64,000 nt of DNA, taken from IMG/VR virus record IMGVR_UViG_3300025828_000014; one strand, written 5' to 3'. This document shows, piece by piece, positions 21,659 to 32,474 of the stretch; the first letter of the stretch is position 1, and each line of letters begins with the position of its first letter. The notes under the pieces were generated by a model. It ran no database searches, was not told the origin of the DNA, and saw only the letters and a program-made list of their open reading frames with translations. The translations under genes and the position numbers were made by a program. Source of the DNA: a virus.

Positions 21659-21684
21659 TACTAACGCATCATAGGGTAGATTAA

Positions 21685-23181
21685 ATGGCTTATATAATTA
21701 ATAGTTTTAACGGATCACAATTAGTTACAGTTGAAGACGGCACAGTTGATACAACAACCGAACTAAAACTTATTGGAAAAAACTTTGCTGGATATGGAGA
21801 ACAACAAAATGAAAACTTTGTGTTTTTATTAGAAAATTTCCAAGGAACTGTTGCTCCAACAAAATCTATCACAGGTCAAATTTGGTATGATGCAACTAGT
21901 GAAAAAATTAGAGTATATGATGGCACAGCGTATAAATCAGTTGCAGGTGCCGAAGTAAGTGCTACACAGCCAACAGGTTTAGCCGAAGGCGATTTGTGGT
22001 GGAACAGCACAACTAACCAGTTATACGGAAAAAATTCTAACAATGAATGGAACTTAATTGGCCCGCAAGCAACAGCTGGCAGCACTACAGAAATGAAAAA
22101 CATTATATTAGCTGATACTGGAGCAGTCGATCATAATGTTACTGCTGCATATGTTGAAGATTATATTGTTGCTATAATTAGCGAAGTAGATTTTGTGCCT
22201 GCATTAAGTCAACCAGATGTAACGAATTGGGTAGCAAGCGATTTTGCAACATTAAAAGCTGGGTATAACCTAAGAGGCGTTGGATCAAATGGTGTATCTA
22301 CTACAGATAGTAGAGGTAATGTAAATCTTTATTATGGATCGGCACAAACAGCCTTTAAATTAACAGACGGTTCAGCAGTATATAGCCCAAGCGATTTCCT
22401 TCAATCAGGACCAACTATTGATTTTACTTCTAGCACCGTAAACTTTGGCGACAATGGTTTTACCGTTGGTAATGATACTGATTTGACTGTAAAAATTGGC
22501 GCAGATTTAGAAACACCAAGATTGCAGTTACATAGAGATGAATTACTTATTGCTAAATCTGATGATACGACTGTCTGGCATATTACCAATCTAGCAATTT
22601 ATCCAGCACTAACCGGATTATCAATTGGTTTATCAGGAAGTCCATTAAACAACATTTATTCAAACAATTTTGTTGGAACAGCTACACAAGCAAATACTTT
22701 AGAAGTGTCAGGAGTTTACCGTGCAGCATCAACAAGTGCCGCAAATAACTCAATCGCTGCTAGAGACGGAAGCGGAAATATCACAGCAAATATTTTTACA
22801 GGCACAGCAACTCAAGCTCGTTATGCTGACCTTGCAGAAAAATACACAACTGGTGATACAGAACTAGAACCAGGAACGGCAGTAGCAGTAATAGCCGACG
22901 ATTGCTGTGAAGTAGGACCTGCTAAAGCTAGTGATATTTGCATCGGTGTTGTATCAACTGATCCAGCGATTATGATGAATAGCGAAGCAGATGGGCAATA
23001 CATTGCACTAAAAGGACGAGTTCCGGTTAAAGTTGAAGGTCCTGTAAAGAAAGGTCAAGCAGTCTATGCCTGGGATAATGGAATATGTAAAACGGTTGCT
23101 ACTAGTGCATTAGTAGGCGTAGCACTTGAATCCAACGAAGATATCTCAGTCAAGTTAGTTGAGTGTGTCCTAAAAGTATAA
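21685..23181 (+). CDS. Tail fibre protein (paralog 3) with C-terminal intramolecular-chaperone/autocleavage-like domain
   Basis: Shared N-terminal domain; C-terminal 'ARYADLAEKY...EPGT.V...IGVVSTDPA..MN...IALKGRVPVKV.G.V.KG' is typical of peptidase G2/IMC-like fibre C-termini. Confidence 0.75.
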   Translation: MAYIINSFNGSQLVTVEDGTVDTTTELKLIGKNFAGYGEQQNENFVFLLENFQGTVAPTKSITGQIWYDATSEKIRVYDGTAYKSVAGAEVSATQPTGLAEGDLWWNSTTNQLYGKNSNNEWNLIGPQATAGSTTEMKNIILADTGAVDHNVTAAYVEDYIVAIISEVDFVPALSQPDVTNWVASDFATLKAGYNLRGVGSNGVSTTDSRGNVNLYYGSAQTAFKLTDGSAVYSPSDFLQSGPTIDFTSSTVNFGDNGFTVGNDTDLTVKIGADLETPRLQLHRDELLIAKSDDTTVWHITNLAIYPALTGLSIGLSGSPLNNIYSNNFVGTATQANTLEVSGVYRAASTSAANNSIAARDGSGNITANIFTGTATQARYADLAEKYTTGDTELEPGTAVAVIADDCCEVGPAKASDICIGVVSTDPAIMMNSEADGQYIALKGRVPVKVEGPVKKGQAVYAWDNGICKTVATSALVGVALESNEDISVKLVECVLKV

Positions 23182-23185
23182 ATAC
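23177..23185 (+). promoter_or_regulatory. T4-type late promoter TATAAATA
   Basis: Exact TATAAATA at 23177-23184 overlapping the stop codon, then an AGGAG Shine-Dalgarno and the ATG at 23210. Confidence 0.7.
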
Positions 23186-23209
23186 TAGCATATATTTTAG
23201 GAGTAAGCA

Positions 23210-24127
23210 ATGGCAGTTGGCGACATTATTTCTGTTGCACGATACAATCAGATGCAAGCACGAGCTGCAAAAGTTTTAGGCACAGGAAGCGGAACATTTG
23301 GATATGGACAATCAGTTGCAAGTAGTAGCTTACCTACTAACGTAAATAACAATCCAACCGTTGTTAACTCTGCTCATATGCAAAGTTTAAAAACTGATTT
23401 ACAAAAATCTTATGTTCACCAAAATAATAGTTTTCCAACACTAACCGATGTAGTAAGCCAAGACGATATTACTGATGCTGTATATGTAGAATACGAAACC
23501 GTATCAGTTGACATTGAGCAAAATGCTTTAAGTTATAATATAAATCAAATGACAGCACCTGAATCTAAACTTGCTGTTACAAGAACTTCACAATGGGGAC
23601 ATCCTTCGGTTTCTACAATTATTCATGAATGGACTGTAAGTTTTAACAACAACAACCATTTACGAGCATTTTTTAACAGTGGCGGCGAAGTAAGAACTAG
23701 AGCAGCATTAAGTGGTGGTTCTGGAGCAAAATATACCAGTTGGGTTGCCATGGTTACAACCGTAGGCGTTGTAAAATTTGCTTACACTGATACCACAGCA
23801 AGCTCTGGAACTGATTATAATCGTGGTGCATATGACTTGACAGCTGGTGCAGATTATGTTAATATATGGTATTATGAACCAGGCGCAGGAACTTATGAAA
23901 ACAATAATATCACATATCAGGCCAAACTTAATTCTGCCGGAAATCAGTTAAGTTTTAAAGTTATTTACAGAGATGGTGATCCAAATGATCCAGGCGACGG
24001 CACAGCCGGAATTGATGAAGCAGTAAGTGGAACATTTAGAAGTATTGTTGAGCAACAACGTGCAACAGGTAGTTATGTTGAAGTAGATAGTCCTGCGTAT
24101 GCAAATACACAAACATTAGGTGAATAA
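23210..24127 (+). CDS. Virion structural protein (paralog of the next gene)
   Basis: Behind a late promoter; G/S/T-rich; shares 'A.LS.G.GAK...W...' and 'IDE.V.GT' with 24128..25177. Confidence 0.6.
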   Translation: MAVGDIISVARYNQMQARAAKVLGTGSGTFGYGQSVASSSLPTNVNNNPTVVNSAHMQSLKTDLQKSYVHQNNSFPTLTDVVSQDDITDAVYVEYETVSVDIEQNALSYNINQMTAPESKLAVTRTSQWGHPSVSTIIHEWTVSFNNNNHLRAFFNSGGEVRTRAALSGGSGAKYTSWVAMVTTVGVVKFAYTDTTASSGTDYNRGAYDLTAGADYVNIWYYEPGAGTYENNNITYQAKLNSAGNQLSFKVIYRDGDPNDPGDGTAGIDEAVSGTFRSIVEQQRATGSYVEVDSPAYANTQTLGE

Positions 24128-25177
24128 ATGGCAAATGTAAATGTAGGAGATAGAGTCAACGCTGATGACTATAATAGCCGAAGAAACATTATTGATGATT
24201 TGTATGTTACTAAGTGGGCACAAACATCTCGTTCGGCAGATGTTGCAGCTTCAGTTGATCAAGTCGAAGCAGACCAATTAGAAGAACTATATCTTGATTT
24301 ACAATCATGTTGGGTGCACCAAACTGGTGCAGTTGAAGCAAGTTTAGCAGTGCCTGCTGTTGGACAAACAATTGGCGCTGACACGTCTCAAGATTACAAT
24401 CAATCTACAGGTGCGTTTAGTGCAGTATCAAATGGCACATTAATGGGATTTAATGATTTTGAAGCTCTGAATGTAGCAGTATCAAATTATCCAGCAAGTC
24501 ATTTAAGTTATGATTCTAGTAGTTTTAGTTTAGAATCAACTGCTACTGCCCAAAGAACAACTAATTGGGGCGCAGCCGCTAGTAATAATGATATCTATCA
24601 TGTTGTTGATGTTGATTGGGCAACAGAGGCTGCAAAGTTGGCTTGGCAAGATGCAAACGGTAGATTACATTTTACAGCCAGTTTAAGCAGCGGCACAGGC
24701 GCAAAATCATTAGATTGGGCTGCTCTTTTATCTGCAATGGGCACTGTTTACATTGACAAATACGATGTCAGCGCAACCTCAGGAACATCAAGCGGTATAG
24801 GACTTACTAATTTAACAGGCACTTATCAACAGATGTTTTCAAAGTCAGGAAGTGGTGTTTATTCAGATAACAACTATAGAATCTATGGTAAAGTAGTAAG
24901 CACCAGTGCTTATAGATTTCGTATAAGATTTTTTGATGGAGACACTGGAACAGGAGATCTTGCTGGTCCAGGAACAGGAACTCCAATTGATGAAGAAGTA
25001 AATGGCACACTAGACAGTGCATGTGCAAGTTACAGTCCAGACAGTAGTTTTACCTATAATTCTGTAACTCAAGTAGCAGTCGACCTAACCGGAGTTACCA
25101 AAGGTGGAATTGTTACAAATGCATCAGGAACAACTCAAAACAATTTAGGCGATTATTCAGGTTCTGGATTGTTGTAA
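24128..25177 (+). CDS. Virion structural protein (paralog of the preceding gene)
   Basis: Abuts the previous gene; shared motifs as above. Confidence 0.6.
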   Translation: MANVNVGDRVNADDYNSRRNIIDDLYVTKWAQTSRSADVAASVDQVEADQLEELYLDLQSCWVHQTGAVEASLAVPAVGQTIGADTSQDYNQSTGAFSAVSNGTLMGFNDFEALNVAVSNYPASHLSYDSSSFSLESTATAQRTTNWGAAASNNDIYHVVDVDWATEAAKLAWQDANGRLHFTASLSSGTGAKSLDWAALLSAMGTVYIDKYDVSATSGTSSGIGLTNLTGTYQQMFSKSGSGVYSDNNYRIYGKVVSTSAYRFRIRFFDGDTGTGDLAGPGTGTPIDEEVNGTLDSACASYSPDSSFTYNSVTQVAVDLTGVTKGGIVTNASGTTQNNLGDYSGSGLL

Positions 25178-25180
25178 TAG

Positions 25181-25209
25181 TTGACAAATCGTCTTTTTCT
25201 GTGTATACT
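25181..25209 (+). promoter_or_regulatory. Sigma70-type promoter TTGACA-N17-TATACT
   Basis: TTGACA 25181-25186, 17-nt spacer, TATACT 25204-25209, GGAGG Shine-Dalgarno 25216-25220, ATG 25227. Confidence 0.8.
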
Positions 25210-25226
25210 AATAATGGAGGTATACC

Positions 25227-25571
25227 ATGGATGACAGATTAAAAAAAGCTCTTGATTTTAGTAATTATATGATTACGCTTGACAATCAAAAACGTATCTT
25301 GAAAGAAAAATATCAAGAAGATTTACTATATTACTATGGCGGAGGCACATTTATTTCTACAAAAGAACTTATAACGTTTTGCTATAGTATGATATCCGCA
25401 GGACAAGAAGATACAGTTATTGTTGACAGCAATGATATTCCTATTAATGTAAATTTACAAGAGTTTGTACAAGGCGTATCGGACACATATTTTAGAGCAA
25501 GCAACAAATACTATGTAGAATATGATAAGCTAAAAACAAATAGATCAGTTGAAGGTATTTTTGACACATGA
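25227..25571 (+). CDS. Hypothetical protein (possibly tail-fibre assembly-like)
   Basis: 114-aa ORF with a strong SD; function not recognised. Confidence 0.6.
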   Translation: MDDRLKKALDFSNYMITLDNQKRILKEKYQEDLLYYYGGGTFISTKELITFCYSMISAGQEDTVIVDSNDIPINVNLQEFVQGVSDTYFRASNKYYVEYDKLKTNRSVEGIFDT

Positions 25572-26398
25572 GCAAGGGTGCTCTATTAATTGCATGTAAT
25601 AACACACAAGTAGATTACATAAAACAAGCAATATTTTGTGCTGCAAGAATTAAACAGTATTTAAATATTCCAGTATCTCTTGTCACAGATAATGCTTCGT
25701 ATTTAGAAGCAAACTATAAGCATGAGTTTGATAATGTAATTGAAATATCAAGCGAGAATAACAATTATAAAACATACAGAGATGGTGTATATAAAGAGTA
25801 TAAATTACAATGGAAAAATTTAGATAGACACCGGGCATATGAACTATCTCCATATGATGAAACTATTTTAATGGATACTGATTACATCTTGTGTAATGAT
25901 TGTTTGAAATATTGTTTTGAACAATCAAATGATATTATGTTATATAAAAATTCTACTGAATTATCAGGATGGAGAGATGTGAGGGAATTTAAACATATAT
26001 CTGCAAATGGCATTGATTTTTATTGGGCAACAGTAATATATTTTAGAAAAAGTAAACAAACAGAATTATTTTTTAATCTTGTATCACACATTAAAGAATA
26101 TTGGTATCATTACAAAAATTTATATAGAATCACAGCAAATACGTTTAGGAACGATTTTGCATTTAGCATTGCAATACACATAATGAATGGCCATATGTCA
26201 GGCAATTTTGTAAAACAATTACCGGGTAAGAAATATTATACCGTAGATAAAGATATTTGCTTAGATATCAAAAACGATAAAGTAAAATTTTTATTGCAAA
26301 AAAAAGATAGTATAGATTATTTTCCTGCAATAGTTGAAGGTTGCAATGTTCATATTATGAATAAATTTAGTTTGAATAGGTTGATTGATGAGCTTTAA
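25568..26398 (+). CDS. GT-A fold glycosyltransferase, GT8-like
   Basis: 'IPVSLVTD' and 'AYELSPYDETILMDTDY' DxD motif; ATGA overlap with the upstream gene. Confidence 0.7.
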   Translation: MSKGALLIACNNTQVDYIKQAIFCAARIKQYLNIPVSLVTDNASYLEANYKHEFDNVIEISSENNNYKTYRDGVYKEYKLQWKNLDRHRAYELSPYDETILMDTDYILCNDCLKYCFEQSNDIMLYKNSTELSGWRDVREFKHISANGIDFYWATVIYFRKSKQTELFFNLVSHIKEYWYHYKNLYRITANTFRNDFAFSIAIHIMNGHMSGNFVKQLPGKKYYTVDKDICLDIKNDKVKFLLQKKDSIDYFPAIVEGCNVHIMNKFSLNRLIDEL

Positions 26399-27227
26399 TT
26401 TTACTTTATTTGCACAGAACAGTGATGTTAATTATGTTCAACAGGCAAATGTTGCTGCAATGAGTCTAAAACTAACCAATCCTACATGTAAAATTGCTCT
26501 TATAACAAATGATGTAGTTGACGACAAATATAAAGTTTTATATGATCACATTGTAGATATACCTTGGAAAGACGAAGCAGAAAATTCTACTTGGAAAGTT
26601 GAAAATCGTTGGAAAATATATCATGCTACACCATTTGATGAAACAGCAGTAATTGATACTGACATGTTGGTTTTGTCTGACATTTCCCATTGGTATGATT
26701 TATTAAAAACAAAAAATGTATATTATGTCGATCGTGTATTGACATATAGAGGCGAAGTAGCAGATAATACATACTATAGAAAAGCATTTAGAAATCATCA
26801 TTTGCCTAATTTATATGCTGGGTTTCATTGGTTCAAAAAATCAGATCAAGCACATGAATTTTTCAAATGGGTTGAAACAATTATGCACAATTGGGAATTG
26901 TTTTATGGACAATATGCTGGAGGAAAATATTTCCAAAAATGGCCTAGTGTAGATGTAAGCAGTGCAATTGCAGCAAAAATTTTACAATGCGAAGATCAAA
27001 TTACTTTAAAAACCAGTTATCCAACTTTTACACACATGAAATTACATAACCAAAATTGGGATAAATTATGGGTAGACAGTTGGCAAAAACAATTAGGCGT
27101 GTATGTTGATAATGATTGCAAACTAGCAATAGGCAATTATACACAAAGTGGCATATTTCATTACACCGAAGACAACTTCTGCAATGATCATATAATAAGC
27201 ACATATGAAAATAAATTAGGAATATAA
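26385..27227 (+). CDS. GT-A fold glycosyltransferase, GT8-like (paralog)
   Basis: 'IALITND', 'IYHATPFDETAVIDTDMLVL', 'IFHYTE'. Confidence 0.7.
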   Translation: MMSFNFTLFAQNSDVNYVQQANVAAMSLKLTNPTCKIALITNDVVDDKYKVLYDHIVDIPWKDEAENSTWKVENRWKIYHATPFDETAVIDTDMLVLSDISHWYDLLKTKNVYYVDRVLTYRGEVADNTYYRKAFRNHHLPNLYAGFHWFKKSDQAHEFFKWVETIMHNWELFYGQYAGGKYFQKWPSVDVSSAIAAKILQCEDQITLKTSYPTFTHMKLHNQNWDKLWVDSWQKQLGVYVDNDCKLAIGNYTQSGIFHYTEDNFCNDHIISTYENKLGI

Positions 27228-27799
27228 TGTTAGAAGTAAACAAAAAGCGTTATGTATATTTTGATGACGACGGTAATATTACCAGTATCAAAAACAATTA
27301 TAAAGAGTTAGGTAATTATATTATTGTTGAAATTGATGACGTTTATGATTTAGTTACTGGAAAAGAAGTTGTAAGTAATTATGTTGTGTTGTTTGATACT
27401 GTGACTAAACAACATAAATTATCTCATAGATATATCGAAGATGAATACCAGTTTGATATTAATGACCAGATATATCAAATTCCAGTAAATATCCAAGACA
27501 GACCAGACGTTGTTATTATTCATAACAAAAAAGAAAAAAAGTGGATAATAGAATTAGACAAAGCAATACAAGATAATCTTTTATCTAATAAACTTAGCTT
27601 TAGAGCTGATATGGGATTTAGTATTACAAAAGCACACGATCCTCATGTGCTATATCAATACATTTATTGTGCAATAGATGATTTAAAAAATGGAAAAATA
27701 GAAATCAATTTTGCCTCCGATTTAGAACTTGACTCTTCGGCAGTTAGTGTATATACTATAAAAAGATTTGAGAAGTATTCGTATGAGGTTGCAAAATGA
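27227..27799 (+). CDS. Hypothetical protein
   Basis: 190-aa ORF coupled on both sides (TAATG/ATGA). Confidence 0.6.
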   Translation: MLEVNKKRYVYFDDDGNITSIKNNYKELGNYIIVEIDDVYDLVTGKEVVSNYVVLFDTVTKQHKLSHRYIEDEYQFDINDQIYQIPVNIQDRPDVVIIHNKKEKKWIIELDKAIQDNLLSNKLSFRADMGFSITKAHDPHVLYQYIYCAIDDLKNGKIEINFASDLELDSSAVSVYTIKRFEKYSYEVAK

Positions 27800-28725
27800 G
27801 TAAATTTAGAATTTTAGATTATGATATCATATATCTAAGTTATGATGAGCCAAATGCAGAAAAAAACTATGCAGACTTGTGTAGTAAAGTGCCGTGGGCA
27901 AAACGTGTGCATGGAGTAGAAGGCAGTGATGCAGCACACAAAGCATGTGCTAAACTAAGCGAAACTGATAGATTTATTACTATTGACGGTGATAACATTG
28001 TAAACGCAGACTTCCTTGGTAGAGAGTTTGACTTAGATAATCACGAAGATGCACACTGGAACAGAGAAGTTGCATTTGAAAATTGTGTTGTAAGTTGGAG
28101 TGCTAAAAACACAATTAACGGACTTATGTATGGCAACGGCGGAATTAAATGTTGGCCTAAACAAAAAGTTCTCAACATGAAAACGCATGAAAATGCAGAT
28201 CCTAACAACCCACACGCCCAGGTAGATTTTTGTTGGGACCTAGAATACATACAAATAAATCAATGTCATAGTGAAATCATGAATAATGCTACACCACATC
28301 AAGCATGGCGTGCTGGTTTCCGTGAAGGTGTTAAAATGGCATTGGACAGAGGCATGAAACCTACTGTAGAAGCGTTTCAAAAAAATCATTGGAAGAACTT
28401 GCATCGTTTGTATATTTGGCTAATGGTTGGTGCGGATGTAGAAAACGGACGTTGGGCTATATACGGTGCTAGAGAAGGGTTATATAAAACAATGTGTACC
28501 GACTGGGACTTTGTAAATGTGCGTGATTTTAAATGGTTAAATGAATATTGGGATAGCAAAAATATTGATGAAGATCAAATGGAAGAAAATACAATTGATC
28601 TTGGCTACAAGCTAATTGAAGAACTTGATTTGCCTATTGCTGCTGAACCACTTGATGGAAATCAAAGTTTATTTTTTAAAACTGTGTATATGAATCCTTC
28701 AAGGATACCACGTAAAGGACGATAA
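27796..28725 (+). CDS. GT-A-like glycosyltransferase-related protein
   Basis: 'DIIYLSYDEPNAEKNY...RVHGVEGSDAAHKACA...FITIDGDN' (DxD); homologous to the C-terminal domain of 59419..61644. Confidence 0.6.
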   Translation: MSKFRILDYDIIYLSYDEPNAEKNYADLCSKVPWAKRVHGVEGSDAAHKACAKLSETDRFITIDGDNIVNADFLGREFDLDNHEDAHWNREVAFENCVVSWSAKNTINGLMYGNGGIKCWPKQKVLNMKTHENADPNNPHAQVDFCWDLEYIQINQCHSEIMNNATPHQAWRAGFREGVKMALDRGMKPTVEAFQKNHWKNLHRLYIWLMVGADVENGRWAIYGAREGLYKTMCTDWDFVNVRDFKWLNEYWDSKNIDEDQMEENTIDLGYKLIEELDLPIAAEPLDGNQSLFFKTVYMNPSRIPRKGR

Positions 28726-30110
28726 TGTCAAATCAAACAGACAGAGTAAAATATATCAATGATATCACAAAGCGGCATTTTTCGCCGACTTTTTGTTTTG
28801 CAAAATGGTATCATACAACTATCTACTTGCAAACAGGTGAAACACATAGTTGTTATCATCCAGCACCTCACAAAATTGATATTGACGAGTTGTTAACAAA
28901 TCCTAGTGCATTGCATAATACACAACATAAAAAACAAGAACGTAAGGAAATGTTAGAAGGCAAACAATGTGCTGGTTGTCAGTATTGTTGGAATGTTGAA
29001 AACATGGGAGATGATTATATCAGTGATAGGCATATTCGCAGTGGCAGCATTTATAACGAAGATAGATTAAAAGAGGTAAAGTTTAACAAGTGGGACTTTA
29101 ATGTAAATCCTGAATATATTGAAATTTCATTTGGTAATGAATGTAATTTCCGTTGCGGATATTGTCATCCAAAAGCAAGCAGCAGATACTACAATGAAAT
29201 AAGACAACACGGGCCGTATTCACAAAGTAAGAATCATAGATGTGATATTGACTGGTTCCGTATCTATGAAGAAGATTCAAACCCTTATTTACGTGCTTGG
29301 TGGAAATGGTGGCCTGAAGTTAGCAAAACATTGAACATTTTACGTATCACCGGCGGCGAACCTACTATGCAAAAAAGCATGTATAGGATGTTTGATGAAC
29401 TTGAAAAAGATCCAAAGCCACATCTTGAATTAAATGTAAACAGTAATTTTGGCGGCAAAGAAAAACAACTGGAAAAATTTACAGATAGTGTAAACAGTTT
29501 GCTTACACAAAATAAAGTAAAAAGTTTTAAGTTGTTTACAAGTTTAGATACATGGAACGAACGTGCAGAGTATATACGTGATGGATTGGACTTAAAAGTG
29601 TTTGAGCGCAATTTTGATTACTTTATGCGTAATACAACTGCACCTGTGACATACATGATTACATTTAGTTTGTTCAGTGTCACAACATTCCAAACATTGC
29701 TTGAAAAAATATTAGAACAAAGGCGTATGTATAATGATGTAAACAGCGGACGTTGGCAACGTATACATTTTGATACACCTTATTTAAAAGAGCCACTGCA
29801 ATATGATATAAACATTTTGCCTAAAGAAACTTATATACCTTATATGGAAAGCCATTTACAATTTATCAAAGACAATGTAAAAGAAGGTAGTAAAGAACAT
29901 TTTAGTGAAATGGAATATGAAAAATTTAGACGTGTTGTTGATTACATGAAAACAACTAGATACGATGTAAACAAAATTAGAGAAGGTCGCAAAGACTTTT
30001 GGAACTTCTTCAAAGAACATGATCGTAGACGTGATACAGATTTTGAAAAAACATTTCCTGAAATGAGCGACTTCTTTGCATTATGTAAGGAAGCCAATGA
30101 AACCTTCTAA
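28725..30110 (+). CDS. Radical SAM protein with N-terminal SPASM/twitch-like Cys domain (type A)
   Basis: CNFRCGYC, GGEP; N-terminal FC..KW.H...SC...CAGCQYC. Confidence 0.85.
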   Translation: MSNQTDRVKYINDITKRHFSPTFCFAKWYHTTIYLQTGETHSCYHPAPHKIDIDELLTNPSALHNTQHKKQERKEMLEGKQCAGCQYCWNVENMGDDYISDRHIRSGSIYNEDRLKEVKFNKWDFNVNPEYIEISFGNECNFRCGYCHPKASSRYYNEIRQHGPYSQSKNHRCDIDWFRIYEEDSNPYLRAWWKWWPEVSKTLNILRITGGEPTMQKSMYRMFDELEKDPKPHLELNVNSNFGGKEKQLEKFTDSVNSLLTQNKVKSFKLFTSLDTWNERAEYIRDGLDLKVFERNFDYFMRNTTAPVTYMITFSLFSVTTFQTLLEKILEQRRMYNDVNSGRWQRIHFDTPYLKEPLQYDINILPKETYIPYMESHLQFIKDNVKEGSKEHFSEMEYEKFRRVVDYMKTTRYDVNKIREGRKDFWNFFKEHDRRRDTDFEKTFPEMSDFFALCKEANETF

Positions 30111-31257
30111 AGATAATTCTTATTGTTATTATCCATTTAAGCAACTTGCAATCAGTCATTGGAATCAAGACGGTATACAATGTGTAAATCCATGCTGTAA
30201 TATAGCAAGTCCTGTTGATCCTGATCCTCTACAAACAAACAAAAACATACACAATAATGTAGAAGAATTATTCAATCTACCTCAGTTGCAAAATATCCGA
30301 ACAGAAATGTTGGAAGGAAAATATCCTCAAGCATGCCAAGGTTGTTATAATGCAGAAAAAACTATGGGCAATAGTCCAAGACTTATGTTGGACACAACAG
30401 TTGATAACAGATTAGAATGGCTTGACATCCATTTAGGCAATAAATGTAATTTACGTTGTAGAATGTGCCACCCTGCGTTGAGTAATCAACTCAATAAAGA
30501 TGCAGAGCTTTTTGAAAAAAATGGATACAAATATTGGTGGAGCAGTATACCTGATATTGAACCTCATGATATTAGAATATTATATCCTGTGTTAAAAGAC
30601 ATAACTAATATTAGAGTAAGCGGCGGAGAGCCATTGCTATCAAACCAGTTTTTAGAATTGCTTGATTATTGTATTGACAACGGATATGCTGAAAATATAA
30701 CTTTGGAGATGCATACAAATGCAACAAAATTTTCAAATGCAAATGTATACAGATTGAATAAATTTAAAAAAATAAATGCAACCTTTAGCATAGACGGTGT
30801 TGGTAAAGTATATGAATATACAAGATATCCTTTCTCGTTTGAAATACTAGAAAATAATGTCAAAAACTTTTTTAACAAGATTGACAATTATTCTGCGCAA
30901 ATCAATTTTGTAGCAACAGTATACAACTTTCTTGATATTAGAAATACTGTAAAGTGGGCAGAAAAATATAACTTTGAAGACATTGTAATTACAAATGTAT
31001 TTCCAATTGAACGAGCAATTGATGTCTGTTGGCTGCCTAATAATTTATTATTGTATGGCAGGGTTTTGATAAATGGACTAGGGTATCAAACACAAAGCTT
31101 CAATAATTACCTTGCATCATGTATTCATAATAATAAGTATAGTGTAGATAAAATACGTGAATTAAAAATAGAAACCATGCAGTTTGATAAAAATAGGCAA
31201 CAATCTTATAAAACATATTTGCATCCAGAATTAGTAAAGGTATTAGATTCTGTATGA
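30097..31257 (+). CDS. Radical SAM protein, type A
   Basis: CNLRCRMC, SGGEP; N-terminal YCYYPF...PCC...CQGC. ATG at 30097 after AAGGA preferred to the TTG at 30076. Confidence 0.85.
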   Translation: MKPSKDNSYCYYPFKQLAISHWNQDGIQCVNPCCNIASPVDPDPLQTNKNIHNNVEELFNLPQLQNIRTEMLEGKYPQACQGCYNAEKTMGNSPRLMLDTTVDNRLEWLDIHLGNKCNLRCRMCHPALSNQLNKDAELFEKNGYKYWWSSIPDIEPHDIRILYPVLKDITNIRVSGGEPLLSNQFLELLDYCIDNGYAENITLEMHTNATKFSNANVYRLNKFKKINATFSIDGVGKVYEYTRYPFSFEILENNVKNFFNKIDNYSAQINFVATVYNFLDIRNTVKWAEKYNFEDIVITNVFPIERAIDVCWLPNNLLLYGRVLINGLGYQTQSFNNYLASCIHNNKYSVDKIRELKIETMQFDKNRQQSYKTYLHPELVKVLDSV

Positions 31258-32474
31258 AAGATGATCATCTAAAAAGCAGTAAAACTTTTTGTATGTTTCC
31301 TTGGCTACACTTAAACGTGACGCCAAAAGGAGATGTATATCCTTGTTGTAGCAGTGACTATGTTGAACCTTTTGCTAATGTAAAAGATACCACATTGGAG
31401 CAAGCATTTAACACTGAACGTATGAAAAAATTACGTTTGGATATGCTTGCTGGCAGGAAAAACGAAGCCTGTGAATTTTGCTACAAGCATGAAGAAAGTT
31501 CACCATACAGTTTTAGAAAATACAGCATTGAAAAGTTTGCTGACAAATACGATGATTTAGTGCCTTTTACAAACGAAGACGGTAGCCTTGATAAATTTAC
31601 AATGGCTTATTATGACATACGTTTTAGCAACATTTGCAATTTCAAATGCAGAACCTGCGGCAGCGAATTTTCCAGCAAATGGGGGCAAGAACACAAAGAA
31701 CATGATGCTCCACCTCCTGGATTTCGTGTAGTGCAACATGCTGACGAAAGCGGCAAGTTGTTGGATCAAGTTCTTGAACAAATACCCAATATTGAACTTG
31801 CATACTTTGCAGGTGGCGAGCCATTGATCACAGATGAACACTACACAATACTTGAAGAAATGATTGCTAATGGTAGCTGTAAAGATATAACATTACGCTA
31901 CAACACAAATATGAGCAACTTTAAATACAAAAAGTATGATATACTTGATATGTGGAGCAATTTCAAAGGTGTAGAAGTCAGTGCAAGTTTGGACCATTAT
32001 GGCAAAAAAGCCGAATACATACGCAATGGCACTAAATGGTTTACAGTAGAAAACAATCTACGCAAAATTAGAGATGTAGACTTTATTGATTATCAATTCA
32101 ACTGTGTATTAAGCAACTTGAATTATGTCACACTGGGTGATTTCTTTACATACATGATTGATCAAGATTTACTCCGCAAACACGATTACATCAGCATTTA
32201 TCATTTGTTAAATCCAAGTTTTTACAGTGCGCAAAATTTGCCACCAGAAGAAAAAGAAAAAGGCACACTGGGATTGTTAAAACTAATCAATCAAATCAAA
32301 GACGAATATTGGTGTGTGCAGCATGTAGAAAATGCAATGCGTTTTGCAACCAGTGCTCATACTTGGGATGAACACGGCAAAGAGTTTATACATAATACTA
32401 GTAGACGTGATAAAATTCGCAATGAGAATTTTGTTGAAGTATTTCCAGAACTTGCAGGATTAATGAATGGATAA
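31254..32474 (+). CDS. Radical SAM protein, type A
   Basis: CNFKCRTC, AGGEP; N-terminal FCMFPWLH...PCC...CEFC. Confidence 0.88.
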   Translation: MKDDHLKSSKTFCMFPWLHLNVTPKGDVYPCCSSDYVEPFANVKDTTLEQAFNTERMKKLRLDMLAGRKNEACEFCYKHEESSPYSFRKYSIEKFADKYDDLVPFTNEDGSLDKFTMAYYDIRFSNICNFKCRTCGSEFSSKWGQEHKEHDAPPPGFRVVQHADESGKLLDQVLEQIPNIELAYFAGGEPLITDEHYTILEEMIANGSCKDITLRYNTNMSNFKYKKYDILDMWSNFKGVEVSASLDHYGKKAEYIRNGTKWFTVENNLRKIRDVDFIDYQFNCVLSNLNYVTLGDFFTYMIDQDLLRKHDYISIYHLLNPSFYSAQNLPPEEKEKGTLGLLKLINQIKDEYWCVQHVENAMRFATSAHTWDEHGKEFIHNTSRRDKIRNENFVEVFPELAGLMNG

